NCBI GenBank assembly: GCA_036785375.1
Contig: JAWMAR010000024.1
Coordinates: forward strand, 5,270,001-5,334,000
DNA length: 64,000 nucleotides
Reading direction: 5' to 3'
DNA from: Leucoraja ocellata
Lineage: Eukaryota
A program made the position numbers and the translations under genes. The notes under the pieces are model-generated. The model searched no databases, was not told the DNA's origin, and saw only the letters and a program-made list of their open reading frames with translations. The number at the start of each line of letters is the position of its first letter. Position 1 is the stretch's first letter. Positions 1 through 13,344 of the stretch are shown here, piece after piece.

Positions 1-3000
1 TACACCACATTTATGCATTGGTTTTCAGTATTATAATATATTTTTCTATTTTCAATAACCATGGGACACAGATTCACAAAGGTTGGTAGGGATGCTATTG
101 CATTTTTGATTAATCATATTATATGACAGAACAGACTAAGATGAACATGCATTGTATTTATCAAAGAGTATTATTCTTGGGTTTTTTTTCTTCATGTAGC
201 TGGTAATCTCTTTCCATGATCGTGTTCAGTGTAGACAGTTTCAGAAGCATGGGTGCCGGATATAGATCAATGGGACCTTCCCTTCAGAATCAAATGCAGT
301 TAGGACCTCAATTCTGGGGATGTTGATCAGGGATAGGATGCTGACATTGGATTGTTTCACATGCCAGTGAAGTTTGACAAGACAGCATTGATGGTATCTT
401 CGGTACCTGCTATAGATATCCATATCTTAAAACCACTCAGGAGGACAGATCACTGCTGTCTTCTAGGCTATAGGTTTTGTGCTTGCTTAGAGGTCTTAAA
501 CCTCAAACACTCCTCTCCTTATTTGGCCAAAAGCAATGTGAGGGCACTGTTTGTCATCAGTGTCTGAAATCATTGGGAAAAGACTCCTACGATATGGGAA
601 GTGTATTTTCAGGGTTTTAGTATGCACCTATATTATTGAAGGGCAATGTTCTACAAATAGGCAGTTCAGTAGAATATCTTTGTTTTACATATGTTAAGTA
701 TAGGACTTATTCTTCTGTATGTTTCAGTGATCCAATTGACAATAACTTGAAGTTTGTGCATAATCCTGCTTTACCTACTCGCTGCACTTCAGTGACTGAA
801 GTTGGAGTGACCATGGTTCCGGAGGATAAGTGTTGCAAGGTGAATAGTTTCATGCTAGTCCTCCTCTAAATGGGTTGATTCCCTCCCAACACCTACCCCC
901 ACCTTAATATTGTAATTTCCAGATATCAGTACTCAGGCTCAACTCCACTTGATCTCTTGATTTGATTTTCTAATTGGTTAACAGTTTTAAAATAATGATT
1001 ATCTAATCTAAAGAACCTCAGGATTCGTAACTTGCATTTATTACTTAGCACAGGCTTATTGTACAGTGCAAACCAAGACTTTTGGCACGGTATTTTTAGA
1101 TCAATTTGAATTGACACTTAAGTTTTCATAACCAAACTGCAGTGGCTGTTCTTTTCTGATCAGACCTCATCTCAATGAAATTTTCACAGGTAATTGGAAT
1201 GTTAGTTATCGTTTGGGTAAATGGAGGTGAAAACATAAACTTCTCAATGATTGATGTTTTTTTCTTGTAAATCCGTTTGAAACATTGCAGCATTATTGTG
1301 TCCCTTATGCTCACCTTGGGTCTGTTAATCTTAGTAATACCATCAACTTTTGATATCTGCTTGATGAGTGTGAAGAAGATTGGGGGAGAACATCATTGCC
1401 AAGCGAAGGAAAGAGCAGATTTATTTTCCAAGTATGATAAGAGCTAAGCAAACATTTCTGTTATTTCCATATGTTACATGTTACTAACATAGCCTAAACA
1501 TGTTCACTATTTTCTCTATCCACACATTTGAAGGTTTTAAGTTTCTCTTCACTTCAAAAGAAATGGATAGTTCTTGGGACCTGGAACTGACAAAAATATA
1601 ATTTAAATTTATGAATGTTAAATTTGTGCCTTTTGTCTGAGCTATTTAATCATTTAGTTACCAATATATATATATATATTCATTTCATTTACTGTGTTCT
1701 ATTTAGCATAGATTCTTTGTTTTACACTTTAAAACAATGTGTCATATGACATTTGTCATTTATTTTATACATCAGGTTATAACATGTATGTTGTTTAACT
1801 TTATACATCTATAATTTTGGAGCATATTTTTCTCCATTTATGTAAATTTTTGTTCCGTTGGCCTTCACCTGGATGTAGTTTAAAATGGATATTTGCATGT
1901 CACTCTATTTTAATTTTCTTGACTAGAACAATAACATATTTTGGCACAAACAAGTTTATTATTGATGGGGGAAAAAAACATTTTGCAAAATGTTTTTATT
2001 AAAATTACAAATTTTCAACAAGATAAGCTCAGGTGACTAGGACTTTGATCAGGTGTGCTTGCTGTGGCAGTTCATTAACGATATGTTAATTAATCTATGA
2101 TTTAACACAGAAATGCTGTAGTGGTTTCATCTTTTAAGTTGCTTCATTAAATCATTAATTTTCTAGGAGGTAAGTGAGCCTGACATAATTAAGGCATCCT
2201 TGTCTCTGCAGAATATCCCTTTCATATGGTGTCAGGTCACTGAGGTAGTTAATACAAGCGAATGAATGCTGCCTCCCAGGGTGCATTTTATTTATATGGC
2301 TGTGCTGTGAACTCAATTTATTAGTTCGGTTTATTTTTCACTTAAGCAGTTTAGAATGAAATTAAGATTTTGCTCTGGCTTGGGACCACTGATTATAAAT
2401 AGAACTAGTACTGCAGAAACCTGATGTAAGGCAAAAGACATGTATTTTGTATTGCACTAAAATCTGAGCACTCCCAATTTAGGCAAATCTTCGTAATTAG
2501 TCCGCAAGTTAAATAAAAAACACTCCGGCTAGTTTTTCATTTGTTTTTAACAAATCTGTAATAGATTCATATTGGGTCCACGCAAAGTATACCCTCATTT
2601 GCATCTAATGGATTGGTGGTTTTCCAATTATAATTGTAACCCAAAGCAAAATATTAATAAAATATTAATAATGTTATGTGCTTATCATAAGTCAGCTATA
2701 TTGGCATTGAACTGAAAGTTTCTCAGTTTGGATAAATGAAATTCTTCTGGACTAATGTAGACAGGGTAAAGATCACAATTTTCCTTCAGGTTGTTTTGGA
2801 GTAAAGACATGCACTTTGATATTAGAGTCATAGAGAGATATGGAACAAAAACAGGCCCTTCAGCCCATTGAATCCACGCCAACCGTCAATCACCCAAACG
2901 CACTAATTCTACATTAATCTCATTTTTTTTCTCCCCACATTCTCATCAACTTCCCCCCAGATTCTGTCAATAGAGAATGGCCATGTACAAAGTAGTGGAT

Positions 3001-3093
3001 TGAGTCCCATCGTTCATTAGCATAAAACTACCAACAGGGTGCTAAAGTGATGTTTTAAATTTGTGACTTCCTTTTCACACTTTTTTTTGATAG

Positions 3094-3178
3094 TAACATG
3101 AACTTGGGTTACGTCAAGCTGCTTCGAGCCATACAGAGAGTCATCCGTGAGGAAGGATTTGATGGATCCAGTCCCCAG
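3094..3178 (+). CDS. ELP4: ELP4 internal coding exon (human exon 6 equivalent), 85 nt
   Basis: Acceptor ttttttttgatag|, donor |gtatgg. After 1 nt it reads NMNLGYVKLLRAIQRVIREEGFDGSSPQ, similar to human ELP4 '[24 protein letters not shown]' (from memory). Ends in phase 0, matching the next exon. Not in the supplied ORF track. Confidence 0.93.
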
Positions 3179-3882
3179 GTATGGTGCACAAGCCCTTCGT
3201 GTCTTCTGTAATCAAGTAACTAATGTTGTTTTCATAGCGCTCTCCAGGGTGCAGCCGGAAGGGCTTGGAATAATCAACAATGAACAAGCTGTTTCTAAGC
3301 ATAGATGAAGTAAACAAGCATTGCAAAGACAGAGTATGGGTCATATGTTAATATGCATTTGCCTCACGTTTTGAGCTTTCCTCAACTCTATTGGGTACAA
3401 GCATTGATGTGCATAAGCAGTGTGCTCTGGCATCATTAGTCACTGAGCACCTAAAAAGGAGCTGTCCATTCGAGAAAGTGGCTTAGCCTGACTTCACATT
3501 AAGCTACATTGGGCGTTTTTCATTGATATAATGAAAATATCCATGTTGTAAAACTTGTAGCCTTGACAAAACCATGACCAAGAACATCTTTGTTTTGTTA
3601 CAGAGAAAAATCTGATAATTTAAGTTTGTAGGAGGCTGTTCAGTCACCATTTCATCAAAATGTTAACTAAATTGGCTGAGCCCAAGCTTCTGACTGAAGA
3701 AAAACTTCATAGCAACTTTAGCTTTACTAATACTTGTGTCTTAATTTAGCTTGTTATTGCTCAGCTCGCAATCTCTACTGAGATTTCGACACAGATCTGG
3801 ACAGGCTGCCTTTCCCTGTGGAGGCAAAACCCCTTTGGGGAAGTAAATTGGTCCCTGACAGACACCTCTCCCCTTCCCAGTA

Positions 3883-3896
3883 GTAACCATGGCAAC
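3883..3896. promoter_or_regulatory. RFX X-box
   Basis: GTAACCATGGCAAC fully matches GTNRCC-N(0-3)-RGYAAC, in unique intronic sequence. Confidence 0.45.
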
Positions 3897-3994
3897 AGGC
3901 ATGTCTTAACAGTTCCCACAGTACAGTGTGCCGAGCTGTTTCTGTAGCAAGATGACAGGTTTTCCAAAGCAGGGAATGTCAAAAACGGACAGCA

Positions 3995-4129
3995 NNNNNN
4001 NNNNNNNNNNNNNNNNNNNNNNNNNNNNNNNNNNNNNNNNNNNNNNNNNNNNNNNNNNNNNNNNNNNNNNNNNNNNNNNNNNNNNNNNNNNNNNNNNNNN
4101 NNNNNNNNNNNNNNNNNNNNNNNNNNNNN
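3995..4129. other. Assembly gap (135 N)
   Basis: Run of N. Confidence 1.
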
Positions 4130-4696
4130 TTTCTCAATTATGTGTATTTTATTGGATATATTTTTCAGCAATATGTGCACATTTCCTTCTGATTTTTATC
4201 TCAGTTTGACTCTTTGTCACAACCAGTCACTTATGATCAAACAAAAATTTGCACAATGCTTTTTGTGTGTCTAGGCAACTGGTCTCACCATGTAAGTAAA
4301 AGTGTAGAATAAGCTATCCTTTTTGGTAGCATGAATCGTTTGTGATACCACAGGCAGCTTTTGTTAACAGAATCCTAGCCCAAACCAGCTGGAAGTCTAG
4401 CATACGCTGATCCTTTCTTGGCACTTTGCTAGCAGCTATGTAGGCTTTTGCAAAAGTACAGCTCTTATTAAGGTTCTACTGGTATCCTTCCCTGTTGATA
4501 TGCCAAGGAAACAAGCTGTTTTATGAGCCGTTAGGCAGCTGGAAAGCAAGTCCAGACAGAAATTTCAAAGACTCGTCACCTGTCCAGTAGCTGTTGTAGA
4601 TCTTGTAAGTTAGAATGCAAACTGGGTAGGAAGGGTGTCATTTATAAGCAACCCCCTGCTGTTTTGTCACATTCATTTGCACCTCTCTTCCTGCAG

Positions 4697-4885
4697 ACTA
4701 AACAGAGGAACATCCTGCGAATAGGAATCCACTCACTTGGCTCAGTGTTATGGGGAGACGATGTTGGCCTTAATGAAAACCCAGAATCTGCATACAGTCT
4801 CACGAGATTTCTCTATGCACTCCGTGGACTTCTCAGAACATCTCTTTCTGCCTGTATGATTACTGTGCCAGCATACCTTATTCAG
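4697..4885 (+). CDS. ELP4: ELP4 internal coding exon (exon 7 equivalent), 189 nt
   Basis: Acceptor ctctcttcctgcag|, donor cag|gttaga. Reads [22 protein letters not shown]...[26 protein letters not shown], the conserved ELP4 'NILRIGI..LGS.LWGDD' and '[12 protein letters not shown]' blocks. Phase 0-0. Confidence 0.97.
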
Positions 4886-5638
4886 GTTAGACTCCTTAAG
4901 TGGAATAGTTATTCAAATTATCTTTTCTGTTTAGTAGGAGTGATAAGACCATATTTCCTTCGAGCAAACTTGCTTATTTCATTTTGAGATTTCTCAGCAT
5001 GGTTTTCCAGCAACAATGCCTGAGAAAAAGCTAATTATTTCTAGTTTTTTTTTAAGTTTTATTACCCTGCCGTTTCAAACTGCAAGAAAATGTTGTCACC
5101 ATTTCATATACTGAATATGTTTCTCAGCAGGGTACGGTGCAAAGACTGAATGTCACTGTTACTGCACAGGATGATGGTGGGACGAGATGAGTCATGTCTG
5201 GGGAAAAAAAGGGTAGTTTGAACCAGAGTTGTGAATAAACTTCTGGTCATAATAAACCAGAGTAAACCATGTCCTGCATGGACATTGGTCGAGCAACAAA
5301 GTGTGCACTTTATATTTGATACAGTGGAGTAGCTGTAAATTGTTTTTAAATGAACTTTGAAATTAGGGTGATAAAATAAATACACAAAATGCTGGAAGCT
5401 CTTAGAGTGCCAGGTCACATCTGTCAGGAGAAACACAAAGTTACAGTTTCAGGCCTAAGACCCTTTGTCAGAACTTTATCATTTTTCCAGCATCTGCAAT
5501 TTTTTTTAATTTTCACTTTGGAATTGGAGGTTTGTTTGCACTGTCCCAAAACTGTTTTTGTGATGATTTAGTGATGTTCGGTGGATGTCTGATAACAAAG
5601 CCTGATTTAAATTGACATTATGGACAAGTGATCTCTTA

Positions 5639-5829
5639 AGGGCCGGTCCCACTTACGCGACCTTTTGCAGACGACTGCCGGCACATGTCGCTGTATGGTC
5701 GTGAGAGGTCTCTAAAGAGTCGTAGCGTCTTCCTGGTCGTCGCTGAATTTTCAACATGTTGAAAAATTCGGCGACCTATGACGGGTGCCGGCAGTCGCCT
5801 GTAAAGGTCACGTAAGTAGGACAGGCCCT
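5639..5829. mobile_element. PIF/Harbinger-type MITE
   Basis: TIR AGGGCCGGTCCCACTTACG...CGTAAGTAGGACAGGCCCT; TTA TSD at 5636-5638 and 5830-5832; palindromic, CpG-rich interior. Confidence 0.85.
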
Positions 5830-6469
5830 TTATGTTCTCAACCAGGAATGGCACCATTTCCCTGACTTTCTTGCAGCAATAATAAATCAGCATATCAAAA
5901 TATCTTTTAAAAAGAAGATACAAATAAGGTGGCTATAATTTTACATTTTCTGTGGTGGATAACTTGGCTTGGCAATGGCTTCAGAATAGAATAACTTTTT
6001 TATGAATTCTATTAACGCATTAATAAGGGAATATGCACTTATAGCCACCACATTTAATTGTTACAAAGGCTTAATGTAGCAGATAATTATTGAGTATATT
6101 CATTTATTTAAAGTCCAGTATGTTCTGGCAGTAAATGTTTTTCAGCTGTCTTTTAAGGTAAATGAACTGTTCAGAAAGTGGAGCACCACCTGATCATTTT
6201 TGAGGTGAATTAAAAAAAATCATTCACTTTAAATACTTTGAAAAACACAACAATGTCTTTACTTTGATTGATAGCATTTTATTTTGTCTGTTTTCCATTG
6301 AGACAATTTGTTCAAAATATAGACAATACTGATAAGCTCTCATTACTGCTCATCCCTAGTTCTCTGAGAAAGAGCCACCTCTGGAGCCTCAAAGGAACCG
6401 CTGTATACACATCTCTTGGTTCTCAATTACATGCTGCCCCTGAACAACATCATCCAACAATAATACGAC

Positions 6470-6787
6470 AGGATGGCTCAGTGGCGCAGTGGTAGAGTTA
6501 CTGCCTAACAGTGCCAAAAACCCAGGTTCGATCCTGACTACAGGTGCTGTCTGTATGAAATTTGTACATTCTCCCCATGACCTGCATGGATTTTCTCCGG
6601 GTACTCCGGTTTCCTCCCACACTCCAAAGACGCACAGGTTTGTAGGTTAATTGGCTTGATATAATTGTAAAGTGTCCCCAGTGAGTGTAGGATAACGTTA
6701 ATGTGCGGGGATTACTGGCTGGCACGGACTCGATGAGCTGAAGGGCCTGTTTCTGCACTGTATCTCTAAACTAAACTAAAAAAACTA
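6470..6787 (+). mobile_element. HE1-like tRNA-derived V-SINE, full length
   Basis: A box TGGCGCAGTGG (6482), B box GGTTCGATCC (6525), V-domain (ttctccccatgacctgcatgg...ccggtttcctcccaca), CR1-type tail ending in (CTAAA)n, and 11-bp TSD AATAATACGAC (6459-6469, 6788-6798). Confidence 0.88.
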
Positions 6788-7478
6788 AATAATACGACTT
6801 GACACTTCAGTTGAGTGCCTGACCCAAAATGTTTACTCCTGAAACCACCAGTTTCCATGGTTAAAATATAAGGAGGATGTGGTGGGGCAGAAGGGCATTT
6901 ACTGGCGTATAGGAATCTCAGAGTAATTGAGTGTGGAAATAGGCCCTTTGGTCTAACTAGTCATCCCAGCCAAGATGCCTTATCTAAACTTTGCCCAAAT
7001 ATGGCCCATATCCCTCTAAACCTTTCCTGTCCATTTAACTGTCCAAGTATCTTTTAAATGCTGTTATATACAGTGAATCGCTGGAATTATCTATGCTAGA
7101 GTATTGTGGAGGAAAGCTCATTGGCAATTTTCAAAGAAGAAATAAATACATTTCAGGGAATTCCAGCATATGAGGAACTGGCCCAGAAAGTGTATGCCAT
7201 TCACTCTTCATGCCTGCTTTGATATTCATTGTGATTGTGACACAATTCTCCTGAATTATCCCTTGGTTTCTTTAATATCTAAAAAATTATCAATCTTGTC
7301 CATGAGCATATGCAGCAACTTGGCCTCCTCAGTCATCTCAGCCAGAGATTTCTAAAGATTTATTTCTCCCGGGATAAAAAAAATATTTTACTGATAAAGA
7401 AACTGGTAATCCCAGATTTAGATGCCCTGATCAGTGTAAACATCATTGCCAGTCAAGCTTCCTTTTATAACTAACATG

Positions 7479-8350
7479 CATAGAGTCATAGAGTGGGTAC
7501 ATTGTGGAAACAGGCCTTCGGCCCAACTTGCCCATACCGGCCAACAATGTCCCAGCTACCCTAGTCCCACTTGCCTACGCTTGATCCATGTACCTGTCCA
7601 ACTGTTTCTTAAACAATGGGATAGTCCCAGCCTCAACAACCTCTTCTGGCAGCTTGTTCCATACACCCACCACCCTCTGTCTGAAAAAGTTACCCCTCGG
7701 ATTCCTATTAAATCTTTTCCCCTTCACCTTGAACCTATGTCCTCTGGTCCTCGATTCTCCTACTCTGGGTAAAAGACTCTGTGCATCTACCCGATCTATT
7801 CCCCTCATGATTTTGTATACGTCTATACAATCTCCCCTCATCCTCCTACGATCCATGGAATAGAGACCAGGCCTACTCAACCTCTCCCTATAGCTCACAC
7901 CCTCTAGTCCTGGCAACATCCTCGTAAATCATTTCTGAACCCTTTCAAGCTTGATAATATCTTTCCTATAACATGGTGCCCAGAACTGAACATAATATTC
8001 TAAATGCGGTCTCATCAACATCTTATACAACTGCAACATGACCTCCTAACTTCTATACTCAATACTCTGTCTGATGAAGGCCAAAGTGCCAAAAGCCTTT
8101 TTGACCACCTTAGCTCGACTTTCAAGGAACCATGCACTAGATCCCTCTGCTCTACCACACTACCCAGAGGCCTACCATTTACTGTGTAGGTCCTGCCCTT
8201 GTTCGACATCCCAAAATGCAACACCTCACACTTCTCTGTATTAAATTCCATCAACCATTCCTCCACCCACCTGGCCAATCGATCCAGATCCTGCTGCAAT
8301 CGTTCACAACCTTCTTCACTATCTGCAAAACCACTAACGTTTGTATCATC
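7479..8350 (-). mobile_element. CR1/HER1 LINE, 5'-truncated
   Basis: Minus-strand frames read QQDLDRLARWVEEWLMEFNTEKCEVLHFG and MLPGLEGVSYRERL...RRRMRGD.I.VYKI...SRTRGH.FKV...FF.QRVVGVWNKLPEEVVEA. The 3' UTR ends in a (catagagt)-type repeat tail. Confidence 0.9.
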
Positions 8351-8607
8351 ATCATAATGGCACCAAAGGTCTAATTTCCAAAGCTGCCATGATACGAAGA
8401 AGGAAAATAAGCTGGGACATAAGGAAGCTGTGGAAGAATATAGTTAAGTAAACAAAAATCTGAAAAAATGACTGTAATGTGAGCATAGTAAATTGTCAAT
8501 TTTTACATGAATTATTAGAAACAAAAGACATATTCAAATTGAGGAAACATAAAGAGCTCTGAGATAAAGTATAGCATAATTAGAAAACAAGCCAAATCCA
8601 GTCCTGT

Positions 8608-8786
8608 GTGTAGGAAAGAACTGCAGTTGCTGGTTAAATTCGAAGATAGATACAAAATGCTGGAGTAACTCAGCAGGACAGGCAGCATCTCCGGAGAGAA
8701 GGAATTCGACCTGAAACATCACCAGAGACTCTCCAGCGACGCTGCCTATCCTGCTGAATTACTCCAGCATATTGTGTCTATCTTCC
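8608..8786. repeat. Fold-back pair of Penelope-type terminal repeats
   Basis: gaagatagatacaaaatgctggagtaactcagcaggacaggcagc is inverted against gctgcctatcctgctgaattactccagcatattgtgtctatcttc. Confidence 0.75.
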
Positions 8787-9196
8787 AAATGCAGTCCTTG
8801 CACATATTATTTTCAGACATTGGTCTCACCAAGGTTATATCCAATAGGAACAATATATTTTTGTACTAAAATCCTTTTATGTAAAGCCCAGCATTCATTT
8901 TGACCTTGATTCTTTGCTACACATGTGAATTTGCATACAATTTTATACAAAAATACCTATGTCACCTGAATTCAAACTCAGTTCGAACTCTATAGTATGC
9001 TTTGGCCACTAATTCCAGTGTAGACTACAACATTTATCTTACAACTAATATCAAGTGAACTTGTGTATAGAATCTTGTTTTTAATCTACATCTTTCCTTA
9101 AATTGTGGTGTTACATTTGCTGTCTTGCAAGCTGCAGAAGCCAATCTAGATTCATTCATTAGCCATGCTGGATCATTTGAATATGACACTGACCAC

Positions 9197-10075
9197 AGTT
9201 TGCTGATGACACTGTGGTGGTGGGCCTGATCTCAGACAACGACAAGAAGGCCTACCGGGAGGAGGTGGCTGGTCTAGCACTCTGGTGCCAGGATAACAGC
9301 CTCCTCTTGAACATCAAAAAAACGAAGGAGCTGATCATGGACTTTAGGAGGGCACATCATCCGACGACGTACACTCCATTGGGGATAAATGGGGATCCTG
9401 TGGATAGGGTGAACTGTTTTAAATATCTGGGAGTCCACATCTCCGAGGATATGACATGGACATCACACGCTTCAGCACTCGTGAGTAAGGCAAGGCAGCG
9501 CCTTTACCACCTCAGGCAATTGAGGAAATTCAGAGTGTCTTCGAGGTTCCTCCAGTGTTTCTACGCAGCGGCGGTGGAAAGCATCTTCTCCGGGAATATT
9601 ACCATCTGGTTTGGGAATTGCTCTGCCAAGGACAAGAAGGCTCTGCAGAGAGTAGTGCGTTCGGCCAAACGCACTATGGGAACTTCACTTGCCCCCCTGC
9701 AGGAACTATACATCAGGAGGTGCAACTCCAGAGCCAACAATATCATGAGAGACCCCTTCCACCCCTGCAACGGACTGTTCCAGCTGCTACGGTCAGGCAA
9801 ACGCCTCCATTGCCATACGGTGAGAACGGAGAGATTGAGAAGGAGTTTCTTCCCAGAGGTCATTCGGACTGTAAACGCATATCTCACCAGGGACTAACTC
9901 TACTGAACGTTTTTCCTTCCATTATTTATTATGTAAAAGAATATGTGTGTTATGATTGTGTTTATAGTTTGTTTGGTTGTTTGTCTTTTGCACAAAAGTC
10001 TGCGAGCATTGCCACTTTCATTTCACTGCACATCTCGTATGTGTATGTGACAAATAAACTTGACTTGACTTGACT
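9197..10075 (+). mobile_element. Rex1/Babar-type LINE, 5'-truncated, ORF end intact
   Basis: Frame is open from FADDTVVVGLISDND..AYREEV through NIKKTKELIMDFRR and FKYLGVHIS to the stop at 9897. It is followed by a 3' UTR, AATAAA and a (CTTGA)n tail. Confidence 0.85.
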
Positions 10076-10586
10076 AATGCATTTACTATCTCCTTAAACA
10101 CCATCTCCTTCAAAATCCGAGGATAAATGCGTCAGGTTTTAATATAATTGAATGGCATTAATTGTCCTTATTGATAAATTTTGAATTTATTTTATTTCCT
10201 CATTCCAGAGCTGCTGTTCTCCAGTATTTCCCGGACATTTGTAATGCTGCATTTAAAACCAGACACAAAATATTTGTTTTATTTCTCAACCATCTACTTG
10301 TTCCCCAATAGACCGAACAAAATCACTTTCAATTTTTGTAGTAAATTCTGATCATTTTATGATCACGGTGCTTTAAAGGCTCCTTAAATCCATGAATACT
10401 AATAAATCCTTGTTCATTATGCTACTCGATTTGAAATAACCCTTTCCTGCATTGGTAACTAACTGTACTGATCTAGAAAATCAGCTCTTTAACAATGATT
10501 GAAATTATTCTTCACAATTTTACTGTTCGTTTGGTTTGCCCGATCTAAATTAAAGTCCCCTCTGATTATTGTGTTGGGTTATATGA

Positions 10587-10956
10587 CAAAATTCTTAAGG
10601 GGTTGGACAGGCTAGATGCAGGAAGATTGTTCCCGATGTTAGGGAAGTCCAGGACAAGGGGTCACAGCTTAAGGATAAGGGGGAAATCCTTTAAAACCGA
10701 GATGAGAAGAACTTTTTTCACACAGAGAGTGGTGAATCTCTGGAACTCTCTGCCACAGAGGGTAGTTGAGGCCAGTTCATTGGCTATATTTAAGAGGGAG
10801 TTAGATGTGGCCCTTGTGGCTAAGAGGATCAGGGGGTATGGAGAGAAGGCAGGCACGGGATACTGAGTTGTATGATCAGCCATGATCATATTGAATGGCG
10901 GTGCAGGCTCGAAGGGCCGAATGGCCTACTCCTGCACCTAATTTCTATGTTTCTAT
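10587..10956 (+). mobile_element. CR1 LINE 3' fragment (young subfamily)
   Basis: LDRLDAGRLFPMLGKSRTRGHSL...GYGEKAGTGY*, with a (TTCTATGT)n tail. Nearly identical to 53922-54293. Confidence 0.9.
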
Positions 10957-13344
10957 GCACCTTTAGTTTCTTGATTTATGGTATACTCTGCATTTACACT
11001 TTCTTTGGGCCCATATACAACTCCTCTTGCTTCTTCTTGGCTACCAGCAAAGTGATACTTCCTCTTAAATGCCTTTATCTCTTTCATAAATATTTGGGCT
11101 ATTTCATCTTGCCTGTGCTTTTAAAATGCACTTTTCTGGCCTTTCACTATGCATACAAGTAAACCTGAGCTGTTAGCAAACTCTGCCCATGTAGAGTACA
11201 ACAAATCATTGTGTTCACTGTAAAATCAACACGTTGATTTTAAAGTTCTCCTATCTGTTTTCAAATTCTTCGGTTGCCCTGTTATCCTTTCTCTGTAACT
11301 GAATCCACCCCCACAAATCTTTCTAATTTTGTTTGATCCTCCAGGTTGACCTAGCGCATTCCTAATGCCTTTGGCTGCCTAGCTAAATTAGAAATCCCTT
11401 CCCTAAACATCTGCATGTCTCACTTTCAATACCTGAAGGCAGAAACCCTTATCACATTTACAAAAGTATATCTATGAGCACCTATGGTCATGAGTAATAG
11501 GAGCAGAATTAGGACATTCAATCATGGCGGAAATATCTCTCCCTCCTAACCCCATTCCCCACTCTTGATGTGCTTATAGGGCTGGTGTCAGAAACTAATG
11601 AGCAAATCTAATTTAATTTTCAGTCAGCATCGTTACAATGGTCTAAATTGCCCCTTTCTGAGCAGCGTCTCCATAGTTCCTGTTCTCCTTAACACCAATT
11701 GCTTTCTCTCTTCCTCAGTTCTGACGAATACTCTTCAATGTAAACCGTTAAATGGCTTCTCTTTTCTCAGGACGAGCATGGGTAGGGCATCTTGATTGGC
11801 ATTGACGAGTTGAGCCAAAGGGCCTGTTTTGTGCAGTATGACAGAAATGCTGCTTAACTGGCTGTGTTTATCCAGAATTTCTGTTTCAAATTCCAGTATT
11901 TAAGAGTTTTATTTTTTCTATCACTGTTAAATTCACTGTGGCTTCTCTTCCAGGCATGTCTCCCTTAACGAAGATGTCTTCCTTGCTCCAATGACATTTT
12001 TTTTTCTCTTTCCACAGATGCTGAGATCTTCAAACATTTCTGTAATTGTCTCCCTTAAAACCCACCTCTTTTACAAAGGTCTTCGTGCTTTGTGTCAAAT
12101 TTGTCCTGATAAATCTTTCATGAATTGTTTTGATGCCTTGTTAACTTACTGCTTCATGCTAACTGCTATGTACATCCACATTATTGTTGCTGCTGTTTCA
12201 ATGCTTCTGATGATGATGATGACCCCTTGATGGTATTAGTTCAGAAGTTTCAAGGCATGATGTGTACGTTTCGTAATTGATAGCAATCCAGTGAAATTGG
12301 GATTATTGGCATTCTTGATGGGAGATGGGACTGGGATCTGCAATAAAAGGAGGGCTAAGCGTCGATGAACATCACTTTTTTAGTATAGAATCTGGCCACC
12401 CAATTTGAGTCACGTTGGACATGATCCGAGTTGGTGGACTCAGTCAGATTAGTATAAGGTCTGATAGAACGTTCAGGATTGGATTGGATTTCATTGGTCT
12501 ATCTGGGACATATGACAATAAAACACTCTTGACTCTTGACTGAGCTGTTAAATATACCTTGTTTGACAGATTGGGATGATTTGCTGAGTATTACCACATG
12601 TAACCTGCTTTTAATCAATATTTGGTATTTCATCCTCCTACTGATCAATACAATGTTTGAGATTGTTATTTTTACATTTCAAATGCTCCTTTTCAATAAA
12701 TCAAGGGCCCAACCGGGTAATTTGCCATAACAGGGCATGCAATAGATTGTCTGTTTCAGGAGTTGAATGACACAGCCAGCCCAACATTGCCGACAAAGAA
12801 TAATTAAGGTTTTTAATGCTAGGGACATTAACCAAGGAGAAGATAGTGATTTTCATTTGATTATGTATGTAAATGGTTCATATTTTCCAAGATCTAGCTG
12901 TGATTTTTTTTTTAATTGTCAGAGGGCAGTGTGGTACAGTGGGAATTGGTTGCTCTCACAGCTGTTGGGTCTAAGGCCCATCGCCTCATATGCGTTAATT
13001 AATAATTGGTGAGGATTTTCCTCATTTTTTCACCTCAGTGTTGCATCTTACCTCCAACAAACTTCCCCTTGGGATTTGAACTGATTTTTCAGAACTATTG
13101 GAAACTGTTCAACCAATAGCAACTGCATTCCAGTGCCATGGTCATTTGAACCTCGGTAGTCAAAGTGTGATATATAGATGATGTATTTCATCATCTTGTG
13201 CATAACTTATTAATAACTCAACGGGTAAACCACCAGGTCTTCTGTGCTATATGGTATGGGATTAAGAGGCTTTTGGATAAGCACAAGGATATGCAGAGAA
13301 TGTAGCAATATAGATCACATAGGCAGATGAGATTAGTTTAACTT

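Noticed and set aside
6470-6545. tRNA-like A and B boxes
   Set aside because: This is the head of an HE1-type SINE with V-domain, LINE tail and TSD, not a tRNA gene.
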